A stretch of DNA of 64,000 nucleotides from Lingula anatina (lineage: Eukaryota > Animalia > Brachiopoda): contig CM120643.1 in NCBI GenBank assembly GCA_051362555.1, positions 930,001-994,000 on the forward strand. The letters are read 5' to 3'. Positions 51,891 to 64,000 of this stretch are shown one piece after another. The stretch's first letter is position 1, and the number at the start of each line of letters is the position of its first letter. Position numbers and translations under genes: made by a program. The notes below the pieces were generated by a model. That model did not search any database. It worked only from the letters and a program-made list of their open reading frames with translations, and was not told the origin of the DNA.

Positions 51891-54800
51891 CCGTACTAGG
51901 ATTAAGAATGTGTACATTTACCCCGTGGACCATTTGAAGATTACACTGCGATTAATGCGGTGGAAAATACAATAGAGAGAGTGTATAATGATAGGGTCGC
52001 CAAACGATTGTTGACGGCATATAGTAACTAGCCTAATCCCCTGGTCGCCTGGGTAGCCACGCCCCCTTTGAGTACTTATGTAAACAAACGGTCTCCCGTA
52101 GCGAACTATCCTTTTGTTCAACAGCTTCGCGCGTGCAGCTGATTATGTATGTAGTGACACTATAGCTAACTGCATATAAATTTGTGCTAGCTGTTATTTG
52201 ATTCATTCTGCTGTGTCGGATGTTGTGGATCAGTCCACTGGTTCATTGACTTATGTTTTTCTGAAGATTGGTGGTGCAGATTTTGAGTGCTTAATTATTT
52301 ACCCTCCTTCTAACAAGAGAAAGGGGAAGGGAGATAAAAAGACAGTGTCAAATGAAACGGGTAATGAGTAATACATTACATTAAATAAAGGGACTCGCGG
52401 TGGAAGAAACGATAGACTGTTTTGCATCAAGGTATGCCATTATAATCCGACATGGCCCATAACATGATCCATAACATGACTCATTGTTGTATGCCTTATA
52501 TTTGTGCGACTTATATTTTACTCTCGTTCATTTCCTTGAATAAAGTTTTGCCTGTATAAATTAACTTTGTGACATGAAGTAATTAATAAAACGCGCCTGT
52601 CGAAAAGGGGGCTTTTCGTAACTAATAAAGGTTCACTATTCAGAAAAATATCGTCGCAGTTCGTCGCCGCTACCTTCAGGAAAGCGTACCCTCCGCTTGG
52701 ATCACCGGCATTTTTGATTATCTGACAAATTAGGGCAATTTACGTTTTAGCTAATAATTCTGAATTTACTAATATTTTGGACTAAATTCGATGTCAGATT
52801 CATAGCAATGACGGAGAGCCGCCAGAGTAACTGTTTAATTTTCTAAACTAATCAAACCAGAACGCGTGGGGATAAAATGTGTCGCTAGATCTTGTAAACA
52901 CTCAGCGAAATGCACCTAGTGACTATATTAAATGTGCCGTCACTTAATTGCTTTCTCGATTTCATTAATTGACGATATTAATTGCAGATAACAAGGAAGA
53001 GGAAATGCTGAAGACAAAACAACGTCGGGTCTTTGTGTGACTTTCTCCCTAAACACTTTTTATGTTGCTGTCAAAGAAAAAGGAGTCTAGATAGCGATTA
53101 TTTAAACCACTGCCGCTGCTTTTGCAGGTAGACTTCCTCATTTATCATTTAAATGCTCCCGTACCCCAGCAGACCCAACTTGATGCATGTACGTCTTGGT
53201 AGCTATAGTACAGATCTTGGTTCAAGTAATGAAAAGTTTAAGCACAAAACAAAATTAAGTATCTATGGTGTGTGACAATAGGGACTTTACAAAGTTTAAT
53301 TTGTCCTTAAATATATATTCCAGTAGCATAGGCGAGCGACGTAATTGTAACCTCAACTTGAGGTATCCTCGATGAAAGCGAAGTACAAAAATTAACTTTT
53401 TTAAATATCGATTACAACATGCTGTACAATGATATTGAGACTAAAGGGATTAATGGATTTCTTTGCCTTAAAAGCAATTCATTTCAAAATTAAAAGAAAC
53501 AGTTTTTTCGGGGAGCGCGGGTAGACAGTTTACGTCAGGTGATTCGTTAAAGTCGAGGAGTGTTTCACTATCAAATGTGTAAATCATATATGTCATAAAA
53601 CACTATAAGAAAGTTTTTTGTTACGATCTGCAACATTTGTTCATTTATATAGCAGGGCGAAGTTAAAGCCAGAGGTAAATAGAACCTAATACCGTAATCC
53701 TGCTCGTCCATTTATTTAAATCGTATCCAAACGTTTGATACACAATGTTCATTAAATTAATAATTATGGCGATTTATTAAAACCATATTGGTACATAAAA
53801 GTTAAAGATTAGCATAAGTTAAGCAACAACCAGTATGAAGAACAACACCCTTTTTAAATGAGGCAAGACACCCTCTTCACACTGATTATAACCTTAAGAA
53901 AGACATTATGCAACTTAAGGCAAAGGAGTTATGCAAAGTTCTTTCAACTCGTGTGTGAATACAATACATTCTTTGTCACTTTTACAAGACAATGGAGGCG
54001 AGCAAGTAGAGTAATTACAATATACAATAAAAAGGACATTAGTATAGAAAGCTTACTTCGGGTCAGCCCTTTGCTTGTTCGAATGAAAGAGATAGATATC
54101 GCGCCGCGACTCCCTTTATTAAACCTTCGTGTGTTTGTGTAAAAGTGTGAAAGACAGGCAACGGTCTTTAGTCGCTGTTGATATTGTTCGCGATTAATAT
54201 TGAAGTATAACTCCTTCGCCTGCATGTAAACGTGTTACTTTTCCTCATGTTCTCTATATTTCTTTTAGGTGGTTGAGACAATGGGATGAGATCGATAAAA
54301 GTAAAGGTTAATCTAAACAATTAGATGCGATGTTTGTGAAATGACTTATTTAGTGATGTGCATGTACCTAGCATGTTTAAATTCTTGAATTTCTAATTTG
54401 TTAAATCTTTCATACACGGCCTCATATATGTATTACTCTCAGGCCTTCGATATTATTGTGTTACACGGGACTCCTGGAAACCTGAAGCACAGGTCTACGG
54501 AGTCTTGTTATCCTTCATGCAGTTTTATGGCTGGGATGAACACTGCGAAGTAGAAACAGGCTTTACTTAGCTTTACTTGATTCACGACAGTTTAAACAAA
54601 ACCAGTCTGCAAGGCTTGCTTTGATTTGGCGTTAACCTTACACTGGTTTTAAAAGAACAAATATAAATATGTTCGATGGATTAAATGCCGGCTTCGTTAT
54701 ATTTTAACTAAATGCGTTCATTTGCACAGTTACACAGATAATATTTTTAAGTTGTCTGTCGTTCAGCACGCATTATAGGCGAGTAGCTAAATAGTGACGG

Positions 54801-56239
54801 TGATCAATCCAAGCTCAATCTTGGCAAGTATCGTTTACAAAATAGATCATGTTGAATAAACTTAATTACGCTTTTATAAATAATCAACACACGGTTCGGT
54901 TATTGTCACTTGAAAGCTTTCGATCAAAAACGTTCAATGAAATCACAAATCATTTGACGATTAAAAAATGGACATGTTCAAGGGGCAGTTTTTGTTTCAG
55001 CTAAAGGGACTTCAGGTTCAGGTAGAGGGTTCAGTTACGTGTTTCATCGGATGATAGCATCACGCCCTAGGTCTAAGCGAGTTGAATAGAAGCTTTTTAT
55101 CCAAACATCCTATTCCTAACTACTGAGTTAGGACAAAAGTCTAGTAACATGCACTGTGCAATTACTATTAATGGATCAGATGCATACTTGATTGTTTTTC
55201 CTCTGGTGTCGCACGTATGCATCCTTTCTTGAGTGATCTAAAACAAGTCGCTAGTGTACCATGTTTCTCACTGTAGCAAAATATGTTCGACATGGCGTTT
55301 CTGAACGGCAGCCGGAGACACAGTAATTGTATAGGCATGCTTTAAGCTTGTTCGGGAGATAATAACAGTCGGGTTTAACAATAGATAGCGAGCTATAGTA
55401 AGACCCCCTCCTCTTTAACTGATGATTTACACTTTTAATTGACCGTACTTTCGTATATTGTATGATCATACAGCCAGACTTCCCCCTGTTGCACGTTGTA
55501 GTTGGATTGTCATTGCGCCAATGTCAATGCACCTCATTTAATTTCAATATTATAATATAAGCATAGTATAAGTAATATATTCTTTCCTTATTCCTCTTTC
55601 ATTATCATTCATGTTTTATAAATACTTGAATGCTTGAATGCAGATGTTTCAAATTAAAACGTAAGTACATAAATAAAGTATACATTTATAAATTAATGCA
55701 ATAAGAATTTTTTGAGACAGATTGATGCTGACGCTAATGCATTTCAATCGAACAAAGAATACTTAGTTCAATTTTTGACTGCGTAAATTTTATATAGGAT
55801 GAAATAACTGATAACAAATTTAACTAGCAATTTGTTAGCAACACTAAAAACAAGCTGCGCGTGCCAAACTAGTGAACAAAAGGACAGTTCGCTACGCGTG
55901 GCACGCGTTAGCATGGGTTTTAGCCACTTAAAGGTATAATTCTATCGCCGCAACAAACAATAGGGACCTTTTGGCTGATGTATCCTGCTGTTAATTACAC
56001 CTAGTTACAGCGGATTGTCGCGCTCGCGCTGGACCACAGAAACCGGCGTCATGGGGTTCACTCGTCTTAAGTATTGTGTTATTCCACCTAAGCTATTGTG
56101 TTTGTGCGTTCGAATTTTGAAGGGATTTATACGGCCCTCCATTATTTGTCCGCCCCCTTTTATTCACACGATAGGGATTAAAACATTTCGAACGTTGTTA
56201 CACCGGTGTACAACAGAAACAAGATTATTACTACCACTG
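51891..56239 (+). mobile_element. 4.35-kb TA-targeting non-autonomous element, copy 3 (complete)
   Basis: TA|CCGTACTAG ... TACCACTG|TA; imperfect TIRs; no long ORF. Confidence 0.88.
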
Positions 56240-56241
56240 TA

Positions 56242-56615
56242 ACTCTGTGAGTTACTTTTGCCCAAAGTTTTTCAATTGGGTTCATATCTGGAGAGTTTGC
56301 AGGCCAGGACAGTTGCTGAACCCATTGGTTTTGAAGAAAAACAGTGCTTCTGCGGCCTCGATGTGGGGTTGCGCAGTCGTCTTGGTACACAAAGTTGTTC
56401 CTGAAGATGACTCTTACCAATCAAAGCATTGTTTGCTGTAGGATGTCGCTGTAGGAATCCTGGATGAGGTTGCCTCTTAGAAAAACCAACTGGTTCTGGG
56501 TACCGACATGAAATGCTCCCCAAACAGAGACGTTACCATCCCCTGCTTGCACACTAGGCAGTACACAATCATCGTTTTATGCCCCTCGTACAAGTCGGTG
56601 GACACTGATTCAACA
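56242..56615 (-). pseudogene. Tc1 transposase catalytic core (DD34E), with stops
   Basis: GDGNVSVWGAF..YSDILQQ..FVYQDDCATPHR..WPANSPDMNPIEKLW; 34 residues between D and E. Confidence 0.88.
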
Positions 56616-56637
56616 AAATTTTGTAGAAAATTTACTC

Positions 56638-56685
<48 letters not shown>

Positions 56686-58545
56686 ATATTAAGTGGTAAC
56701 CCTGTAAGTGTTCCCTACAATTCACATCCAACTAAACTTAAGATCTCATCACTACTTGCTTTGACTGAGATTTGGGCTTTTCCATCAAGCTTGACAATAA
56801 ACTACCAACACACAAGGTAACCAAACTCCCATTTCAAATGTAACATAAGAAAAATATTTATTACAACCCTAAATATGAACATATGAAAAGGAACAATACA
56901 AAGTATGGGTCATTTAATTGCTGATGATGAAACACTTAAGGGCATTTTGTAAGGGCATTTTGTCAGTGATTTTGAAAATGGTGATTTTACCAACCTAGAT
57001 GGTTGTTGTAAAAAAAAGTTGTCCCACCTGTTAAGCATCCATTTCTGCCAAAGCAAATACCTGTTAATAAAAAATTAGGAGATTCAGCCAACCATATTCC
57101 ATACAGATACTGGGGTATATACATACCTTGTACTGCTAATTTCTACATTTGGTACACGCACTTTGTATGCAATCTAAAAACAGTGGTTTTTATTGATCTG
57201 AATAATGCTTATAGCTCAAATTTCTCATTAGAAATGGACTCTCTGGCCCATTTTGCCTTTAGAAGCACCCGTTCCTCTAGGGTTTTCCATAGAAGTTATT
57301 ATTTACCCTTCCCTATTATTTACAACAAAAGGCAAGTGTTGATAATCACCAAAAAATAATGTTTGTATCATATATTTATCTACTTCTGCATCCATAGACC
57401 TACAGATGAGTTCATTCAGACAACTTAAAGAAAGTAAATGTGTATTTGAGTATCTTAACATCAATTAAAGTACTAAACTATGGTGACAGATATATATCAG
57501 TTCAAATGTAAACAGCACAACAGTTGGATGAAACAAAAAATGCAAAGATTGTTCCAGTTTGTCCTGATGCAGGTAGTCATCCTGAATTTCTAAATGAAAT
57601 ACATTGATGTTTTAGGGCGCACCCCCATAGATTTCAGATTGATCTATCCCCGTGGGGAGTCTCACTAGATTACTATCAGATAATCCGGCTTAAATGCCTG
57701 TCCTGCCTACTACAAACTGTAAGGGGGTAATTAACTTCGTGCCCACTCGGCTGACGGCTATTTTGTGTGAACCCCCAGGGAGTTAGCTCAATCTAGTTGG
57801 ATCGATCTAATCTCTAGGAATGGGGTCTAAGTTTTTTAATGATAAAATAGAAATAGATAACTATGCCCATACAAGATACTGGCTTTCATTGGTGACCAAA
57901 TAGGCAGTTGCAAATAAATGTATGTAAGCATATGCATGGAATATTGCAGAAGTCACTCAAATGTGAGTTTTTCATATCTTTCAACTTCAAAGAACAAATA
58001 AGAGGATTTCTATGGAATGTACAAATAGGTAATATACTTCATACTACTAACATAATATATTATCCATTGTGAGCATTTTAATTACTCACAATATGACATA
58101 CTTTGCCAAAACGCCAAACAAGCGTCCAAACCGCTAGATCTATGAATATCATTAACTTCAGGGGGTATGTGCAGGGGGGTTAGAGGGGGGTAAACATTTC
58201 AAAAAAATATTTTACACTTCTTATGTCCCATTACATAAATTAAGGGGGGTAGACCTTGACTTTTCTAAAAAAGTGAAATAACACCCCTCCCTAATAGTAG
58301 TCCTACTGGTGCTTAGGTTCCTGGCTCATAATCACAGTAGGTAGGACTTGTATTACTGGTGGACTTTTATTCCTGTTACACCTATGAAAGTAATGTCACA
58401 GCCATTTTATGTCATAGCCATAGTCCAGCCATTTGAAAGTCCTATCCTTATGCAATATAATACAGTTAAATGATGCAATTATAAATGTATATGGAATTAC
58501 TTCTGGTGAGCCATATATAAGACAAAAATGGAGAGTTTGCAACTT

Positions 58546-58630
58546 CAGCTCCTCTGTGTAGTGGTTAGCATGCAAGTTTCATGAATCGCCCTGTTACGTA
58601 CTTGGGTTCGAGACCCACCTTTGACATGAC
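58546..58630 (+). mobile_element. tRNA-derived SINE head (degenerate)
   Basis: A-box-like tgtgtagtggtt and B-box ggttcgagacc about 45 bp apart; no complete cloverleaf. Confidence 0.5.
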
Positions 58631-59676
58631 TTTACTCCCCCCCTCCCAAACCCCTATCTCGAATAAATTGTAACTAGTTGTATAATCGTGTTCTTAATGT
58701 ATTATGTTCTAAATTCTGATCTTATTATACTTACAACTGGTTGTCTTTGTTTTGTCTTTTAACCCCCCCTCAAAAAAAAAAAAAAAAAAAAAGGAATATC
58801 ACAGAACATTATATATGATTTCAAATTCTAAAATGTCTTGATTTGTCTTAAATCCTCTATCTAAAATCAAATTTCCATTGAGTTTGCGGTTATTTTTCAA
58901 TTAATGCGAATGTAAACCGAAAAATTAATCTAAGAACGGAGACCCCGTGTTTTGTGTAAAATGATTTCCCCTCATTTGAAGGCCTAAGAGGGTCAATGAC
59001 ACATGTAAAAATATGCGTTTATTTCAAGAAAAATACACAAAATAAAATAAATGAAGAAAAACTACGGGAACCGTGTGGTTTTTGTTACTTCATTAATACG
59101 CATATAAACTGTCTATCGGAAAATTAAAAAAAAAAAAAAAAACATCTTTAAATATTAAAATGAAATGAAATAAAGCAAACGTTTATTATATATTCAAACC
59201 TAGTATATTTCTATCTATATTTATTAATGTCATTTCTTGATGTAAACTATATAGGACGTGCGTTACTAAAATGTAAGGAACGCACGTCCCATTACTTGGG
59301 AGCCTTCGAACTCTAGACAATGAATCCTAGTAAAGCCTCGGTCACAACCGGACGCACCCATTTCAGGATCGTACGTCCTCTGCGATTTTTAGGTTGTTGC
59401 GGAGGCCGTGGAGGTCGTAGAGGTAGAGGAAAGTCTGCCTTGCGAGTCGCAAATGCCACATGAGATGTCCTTTCAAGCAGGGACGCTAACTGCAAGGAGC
59501 GATGGCCGTGGAAATTGTACTCATTTATTGAGTTTGTATTGCTTCCTGTGTACGTGGCACACACTCACCTCTTAGGAAGGGAATGCAACGCAGGGAGAAA
59601 GTACTGTCCTTTTGCGTCAGTTTTGCTTCATACTTGCCTCACACGTTTGTGGTGACGTACTGACGGCGTACAGGTA

Positions 59677-62600
59677 CAGTAGAAATAATAATTATGTTTC
59701 CGTTGTACGACGTTTTAAAAGCGTCAGAATGTTTTAATCCCTATCCTGTGAATAGAAGGGGGCGGACAAACAATGGAAAGCCGTCTAATCCCTTCAAAAT
59801 TCGAACGCATAAACACAATAGTTTAGGCGTAATAACACACAATACCTTAGGCGAGTGAACCCCATGACGCCTGTTTCTTTGGTCCAGCGCAAGCGCGACA
59901 ATCCGCTGTGACTTGGTGTAATTAACAGCAGGATACATCAGCCAGAAGGTGCCCATTGTTTGTTGCGGCGATAGGATTATAGCTTTAAGATGCTAGAACC
60001 CATGCTAACGCGTGCCACTCCCGTGGCCACCTATCCTTATGTTCTCTAGCTTGGCACGCGCAGCTGATCATGTTTTAAGTGTTGCAAGATAACTGCTAGT
60101 TTAATTTAGTATCAGTTATTTAATATAATATGAAGTGTTCTGTGGTCAAAATTGGAATTTGATAAACATGCATCAGCATCGTACATCAGCATGATCAACA
60201 AATCACCCCGTCTCAAAAAGTTTAAAGATGCTCCGTACACAAATTTTCATCATCGCGACCGGTGTAAAAATAGATTACTGTTTAGAAATAACAAAGAAAG
60301 AAACATTATTAAAACAATTTATACAAGCTGACGTGTTGCCTCAATTACTACATTAAGTTACATTTTATATAAAATAATAGAGCGAATCCGTAAAAGGATA
60401 ATAATAGAAAATCTTAATAAATAAATAAATAAATAAATAAATAAACAGGCCCGCAGCCAGGGGGAGTTCAAGAGGTTCGAAAGAACCCCCTTTTGCTGAA
60501 AAAAGGTCCACTCTGGGTAAAATTTGACATAAGTACATGGGGATTTTTCGGTAAAAGGTCCACTTTTTCAGAAAAAGACCCCCCTTTGAAATTGCTGGCT
60601 ACGGGCTTGATAAATAAATAAATAAATTATTTAAGAAAATTAAGTAAATAATTAGATGACATTAGGAATCAAATAAAAAAGATAAAAATTAGATGGTATA
60701 AATCATTTAAAAAAGGTAAATTATTTCAAATAATTTAATAAATATATTATGATTTAATAATTAAATGAATAAATCGCTGTGAAGAAATAATCTTTGTCGC
60801 AACTAACGCGGTGAGTGTCTACCCATTATCAAAGGCCACAGATAGATTTTCACTAGTTACCAGTATAGACAGATGTGTATCTGGTTATTTGATGGGACCT
60901 TTTGGCACGCGCGTTAGGGGAACGAGCACATTAACTAACTTCTTTTAAGATTAAAGTGAGTGTCCTATCATTTGAAAGCCAACAAAATATTTCATTCCAC
61001 ATTAGAGAAATTAGCCTCATAATTACATTTGTAATTTTATAACTGGGTTTATGTAACTCTTCGCTGTTCAGTAACAGTTATAAAGGAAAGTTAGATTTTG
61101 CTTGTATGAAACACACTTTTTATTTTGATAAAAATCGACTGCGCATGCAGCATATTGATAAAAGGCTTTCGATGATGATTGTGCATGAAACGTCAAGTCA
61201 TTTTTCCTTTTCATAATAGTGCTGGGCACCCAGGTGTTGAATCTTTCACTCGACGTGCATCTCCTAATATTGTATAGGCATGATTTCAGGTTGTTCGGCA
61301 GCGATGACGATTGCGTTCAAAATGGGTTGTTTGCAGCATAACGCCCTTATGCTTTGTGATATATGTAAATAAACCTAGCTTACTAAATAACTATTACCAA
61401 AGTGAAGCATGGCTTTAGGTTTAACAGTCCAAGATTTATATAATATGGGCAGTTAACTTGGACCAGTCTTGTTTCATTAACTTTGCGAATGGAAGTCTCC
61501 GTCGTCAGAACAATAAATCTTATTGTTTAGGTTTTGTTTAAGGTTGTATGAGAAAAGATAATGATCGTGTTTAACAATAGATTGAGGGCTACAGTAAGTC
61601 CCTCCTCTTTGGGCGATGTCGAAGACTGTTAATTCAACGTACTTTCATAAACATGTAGTGTGACCACACTGTCAGCCATCCCCCTTGTTGCACGTTGCAA
61701 GCGATTTGTCTCATAACTATGACAAGGCGTTCTTTTTTGTCGTTGTTGTTTAAAAACGGACCACTTTGTCAAGGCTAATTGCTTAGCTCTTTGCGCGTCA
61801 TATGTACTTAGCTCTTTGCGCGTCATATGTAAACGCTAAGATATGAATGTTATACCGGGTAGTTGATTGTTTTGCCCGGGCGCCGCACTTATGCTTTCTT
61901 ACTAGAGCGATCCAGAACAACTAAGTCGCTAGTTTTCCCTGTTTGTAACTGTAGCAAAATATGTTCGACATGCCGTTTCTGCACGACAGCCGGAGACACA
62001 GTAATTGTATAAGGCATGGTTTAAGCTTGTTCGAGAGATAATAACAGTCGCGTTTAACAAAAGATAGTAAGACCCCCTCCTCTTTAACTGATGTCTTACA
62101 CTGTTAATATTGACCGCACTTTCATATATTATGTAATACACTGTCAGACTTTCCCCTGTTGCACGTTGGCGTTGGATTGTACTTGTGCCTCTGTCAATGC
62201 ACCTCATTTAGTTTAAATATTTTTACCGCTTTAACCTTTGTGGTTTAGAGTTATTAGTTTAGTAGTAGGAATAGGATGCTTGGACAAAAAGCTTCTAGTC
62301 AACTCGCTTAGACCTGGGGTGTGATGCTGTTATCATCCGAGGAAACACCTACACTGAATCCTCTACCTGAAGTCCCTAGCTGAAAAAAAAATGCCCCTTG
62401 AACCGGTCCATTTTTAAAGCGTCGAATCATTTTTGATATCATTGAGCGTCTTTAAACGAAGGCTTTTAAGTGACAAAAACAGAACCGTGTGGTGATTATT
62501 TATTAAGGCGTAGGTTTATTCATCATGATCTATTTTGTAAACAATACTTGCCTAGATTTTACTTGGATTGATCATCGTCACTGTTTGGCTACTCGCCTAT

Positions 62601-64000
62601 AATGCGTGCTGAACGACAGACAACTTATAAATATTATCTGTGTTACTGTGTAAATGACCACGTTAAGTTAAAATAGAACGGTGTCGGTGATTCAATCCAT
62701 TCAACATATTTATATTTCTCCTTTTAAAACCAGTGTTAGGTTAACATCAAGTCAAAGCAAGCCTTGCAGATTGATTTTGTTTAAATTTTCGTAAATTAAG
62801 TAAAGCTAAGTAAAGCATGTTTCTAGTTCATCCACGCTATAAAACTGCATAAAGGATAACAAGTCTCTGTAGCCAATTAACTTTCACAATGTTATGTGCT
62901 TTAGAGTCCCATGTTATACAATAAAATGAGTATGGCCTGAGAGAAATATAAACATGAGGCCGTGTATGAAGATGTTTCAAATAATAAAAATCAAGAATTT
63001 AAACATGTTCGGTACATGCACATCACTTACAAGGTAATAAGTCATTTCACAAAAATGGCATCTAATATTTCAGATGAACCTTCACTTTTATCGATCTCAA
63101 CGCCTTGTCTGATGTTTACATGTAGGCGGTATACTCCAATAATAATTGCGAACAATATCAACAGCGACTCGAGATCGTTGCCTGTCTTTCACACTTTTAC
63201 ACAAACTCATGAAGGGTTAATAAAAGGATTCGCGTTGTGACATCTATCTCTTTCTTTCGGACAAGCAAATTAAGGGCTGACCCGATGTAAGCTTTCATAA
63301 CTAATTTCTCTTTGTCTGTACAGGGGTATATTGTAATTACCCCACTTGGTCGCCTCCATTGTCTTGTAACAGTGACAAAGAATGTGTTTTCACACGCTAG
63401 TTTACATAACTCCCTTACCTTGTGTCCTTATCAAGGTTCTAATCAGTTTGAATAGGTTGTCTTTCCTCACTTAAAAAGGGAGTTGTTCTTCACACTGGTT
63501 GTTGCCTAACTTATGCTAACCTACTTTGTACAATTATGGTTTTAATACATCGCCAAAATTATGACACTAGTGAACATTGTGTATCAAACGTTTTGATACG
63601 ATTAAATAAATGTGCAGGAAGGATTACGGAATGAGTTACTATTTACCCCTCCCCCCCCCATGCTCCCCCCAAAAAATGCTCTTTTGATTTCGAAATGAAT
63701 TTGTTTCTAACGCAAAGAAGTCCAAAACCCCTTTCACGACTCAGTCATTGTACAGCATGTTGTAATCGATATTTAAAAAAGTTAATTTTTGTACCCCGCC
63801 TTTCAGTGTTCATTGTGGTGCTTGCTTTCATCGGGGACACTGCCTGTTGAGGTTACAATTACGTCGCTAGCCTATCTCCATAGGTTACTGGAATATATCT
63901 AAGTACACGTTAAGCTTTGTAAAGTCTCTTTTGTCACACATCATAGTTATTGAATTTTGTCTTGAATGAAAAAATACCCTCAAATTATCGTTTTGTGCTT
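59677..64000 (-). mobile_element. Older diverged copy 4 of the 4.35-kb element, with insertions and an internal inversion; runs off the window
   Basis: TA|CAGTAGAAATAAT start; 59677-60220 and 62255-64000 colinear with copy 2; ~61860-62220 is in the opposite orientation. Confidence 0.78.
60446..60609. mobile_element. CAG..(C/T)TG MITE with 5-bp TSD (ATAAA) inside an (AATA)n tract
   Basis: caggcccgcagccag / ctggctacgggcttg. Confidence 0.7.

Larger units (their letters stand above)
41868..58252 (-). mobile_element. Tc1-family (DD34E) transposon, ~3.7 kb plus a 12.65-kb nested insertion
   Basis: ~100-bp imperfect TIRs 41868-41968 / 58154-58252 (ctacccccctgaaattatgtaatggg..cccctgtacataccctctgaagtt); transposase pieces on both sides of the insertion. 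Confidence 0.8.

Noticed and set aside
43625-56242. Recurrent short ORFs (MNKRIVRYGR.., MQAKELYF.., MSRSRW.., MIIQYTKV..)
   Set aside because: They recur only because the element is repeated; indels between copies break frames and no domain is recognisable
58546-58630. Functional tRNA gene
   Set aside because: A and B boxes are present but there are no acceptor or anticodon stems; better explained as a SINE head
1-64000. Prokaryotic contamination or recent horizontal transfer of the defence-like genes
   Set aside because: The genes have canonical introns and host-like composition and sit among animal transposons

Overview
AT-rich animal genomic DNA with spliceosomal introns, microsatellites and abundant transposons. 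The repeat types look molluscan, but taxon is only an inference. Two minus-strand host genes can be built from GT-AG sites with matching phases. Gene 1 (exons 10054-9466 and 7863-5001) is NLR-like: DZIP3-type HEPN (intact RxxxxH), NB-ARC/STAND ATPase and about 11 TPRs, with one frameshift near 7370-7410. Gene 2 is the last five exons (41396-30832) of a dynamin-like G4/helical region, membrane hairpin and pseudokinase fusion. The rest is mostly nested mobile elements. Nest 1 is LINE > PAT-like DIRS tyrosine-recombinase retrotransposon > Kolobok > MITEs (11.3-25.2 kb). Nest 2 is a Tc1 DD34E element split by a 12.65-kb TA-flanked block holding three copies of a 4.35-kb non-coding element, two of which form a ~4.35-kb-armed inverted repeat (41.9-58.3 kb). 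No tRNA, rRNA or CRISPR features were seen. All calls come from manual motif and repeat reading; no searches were run.
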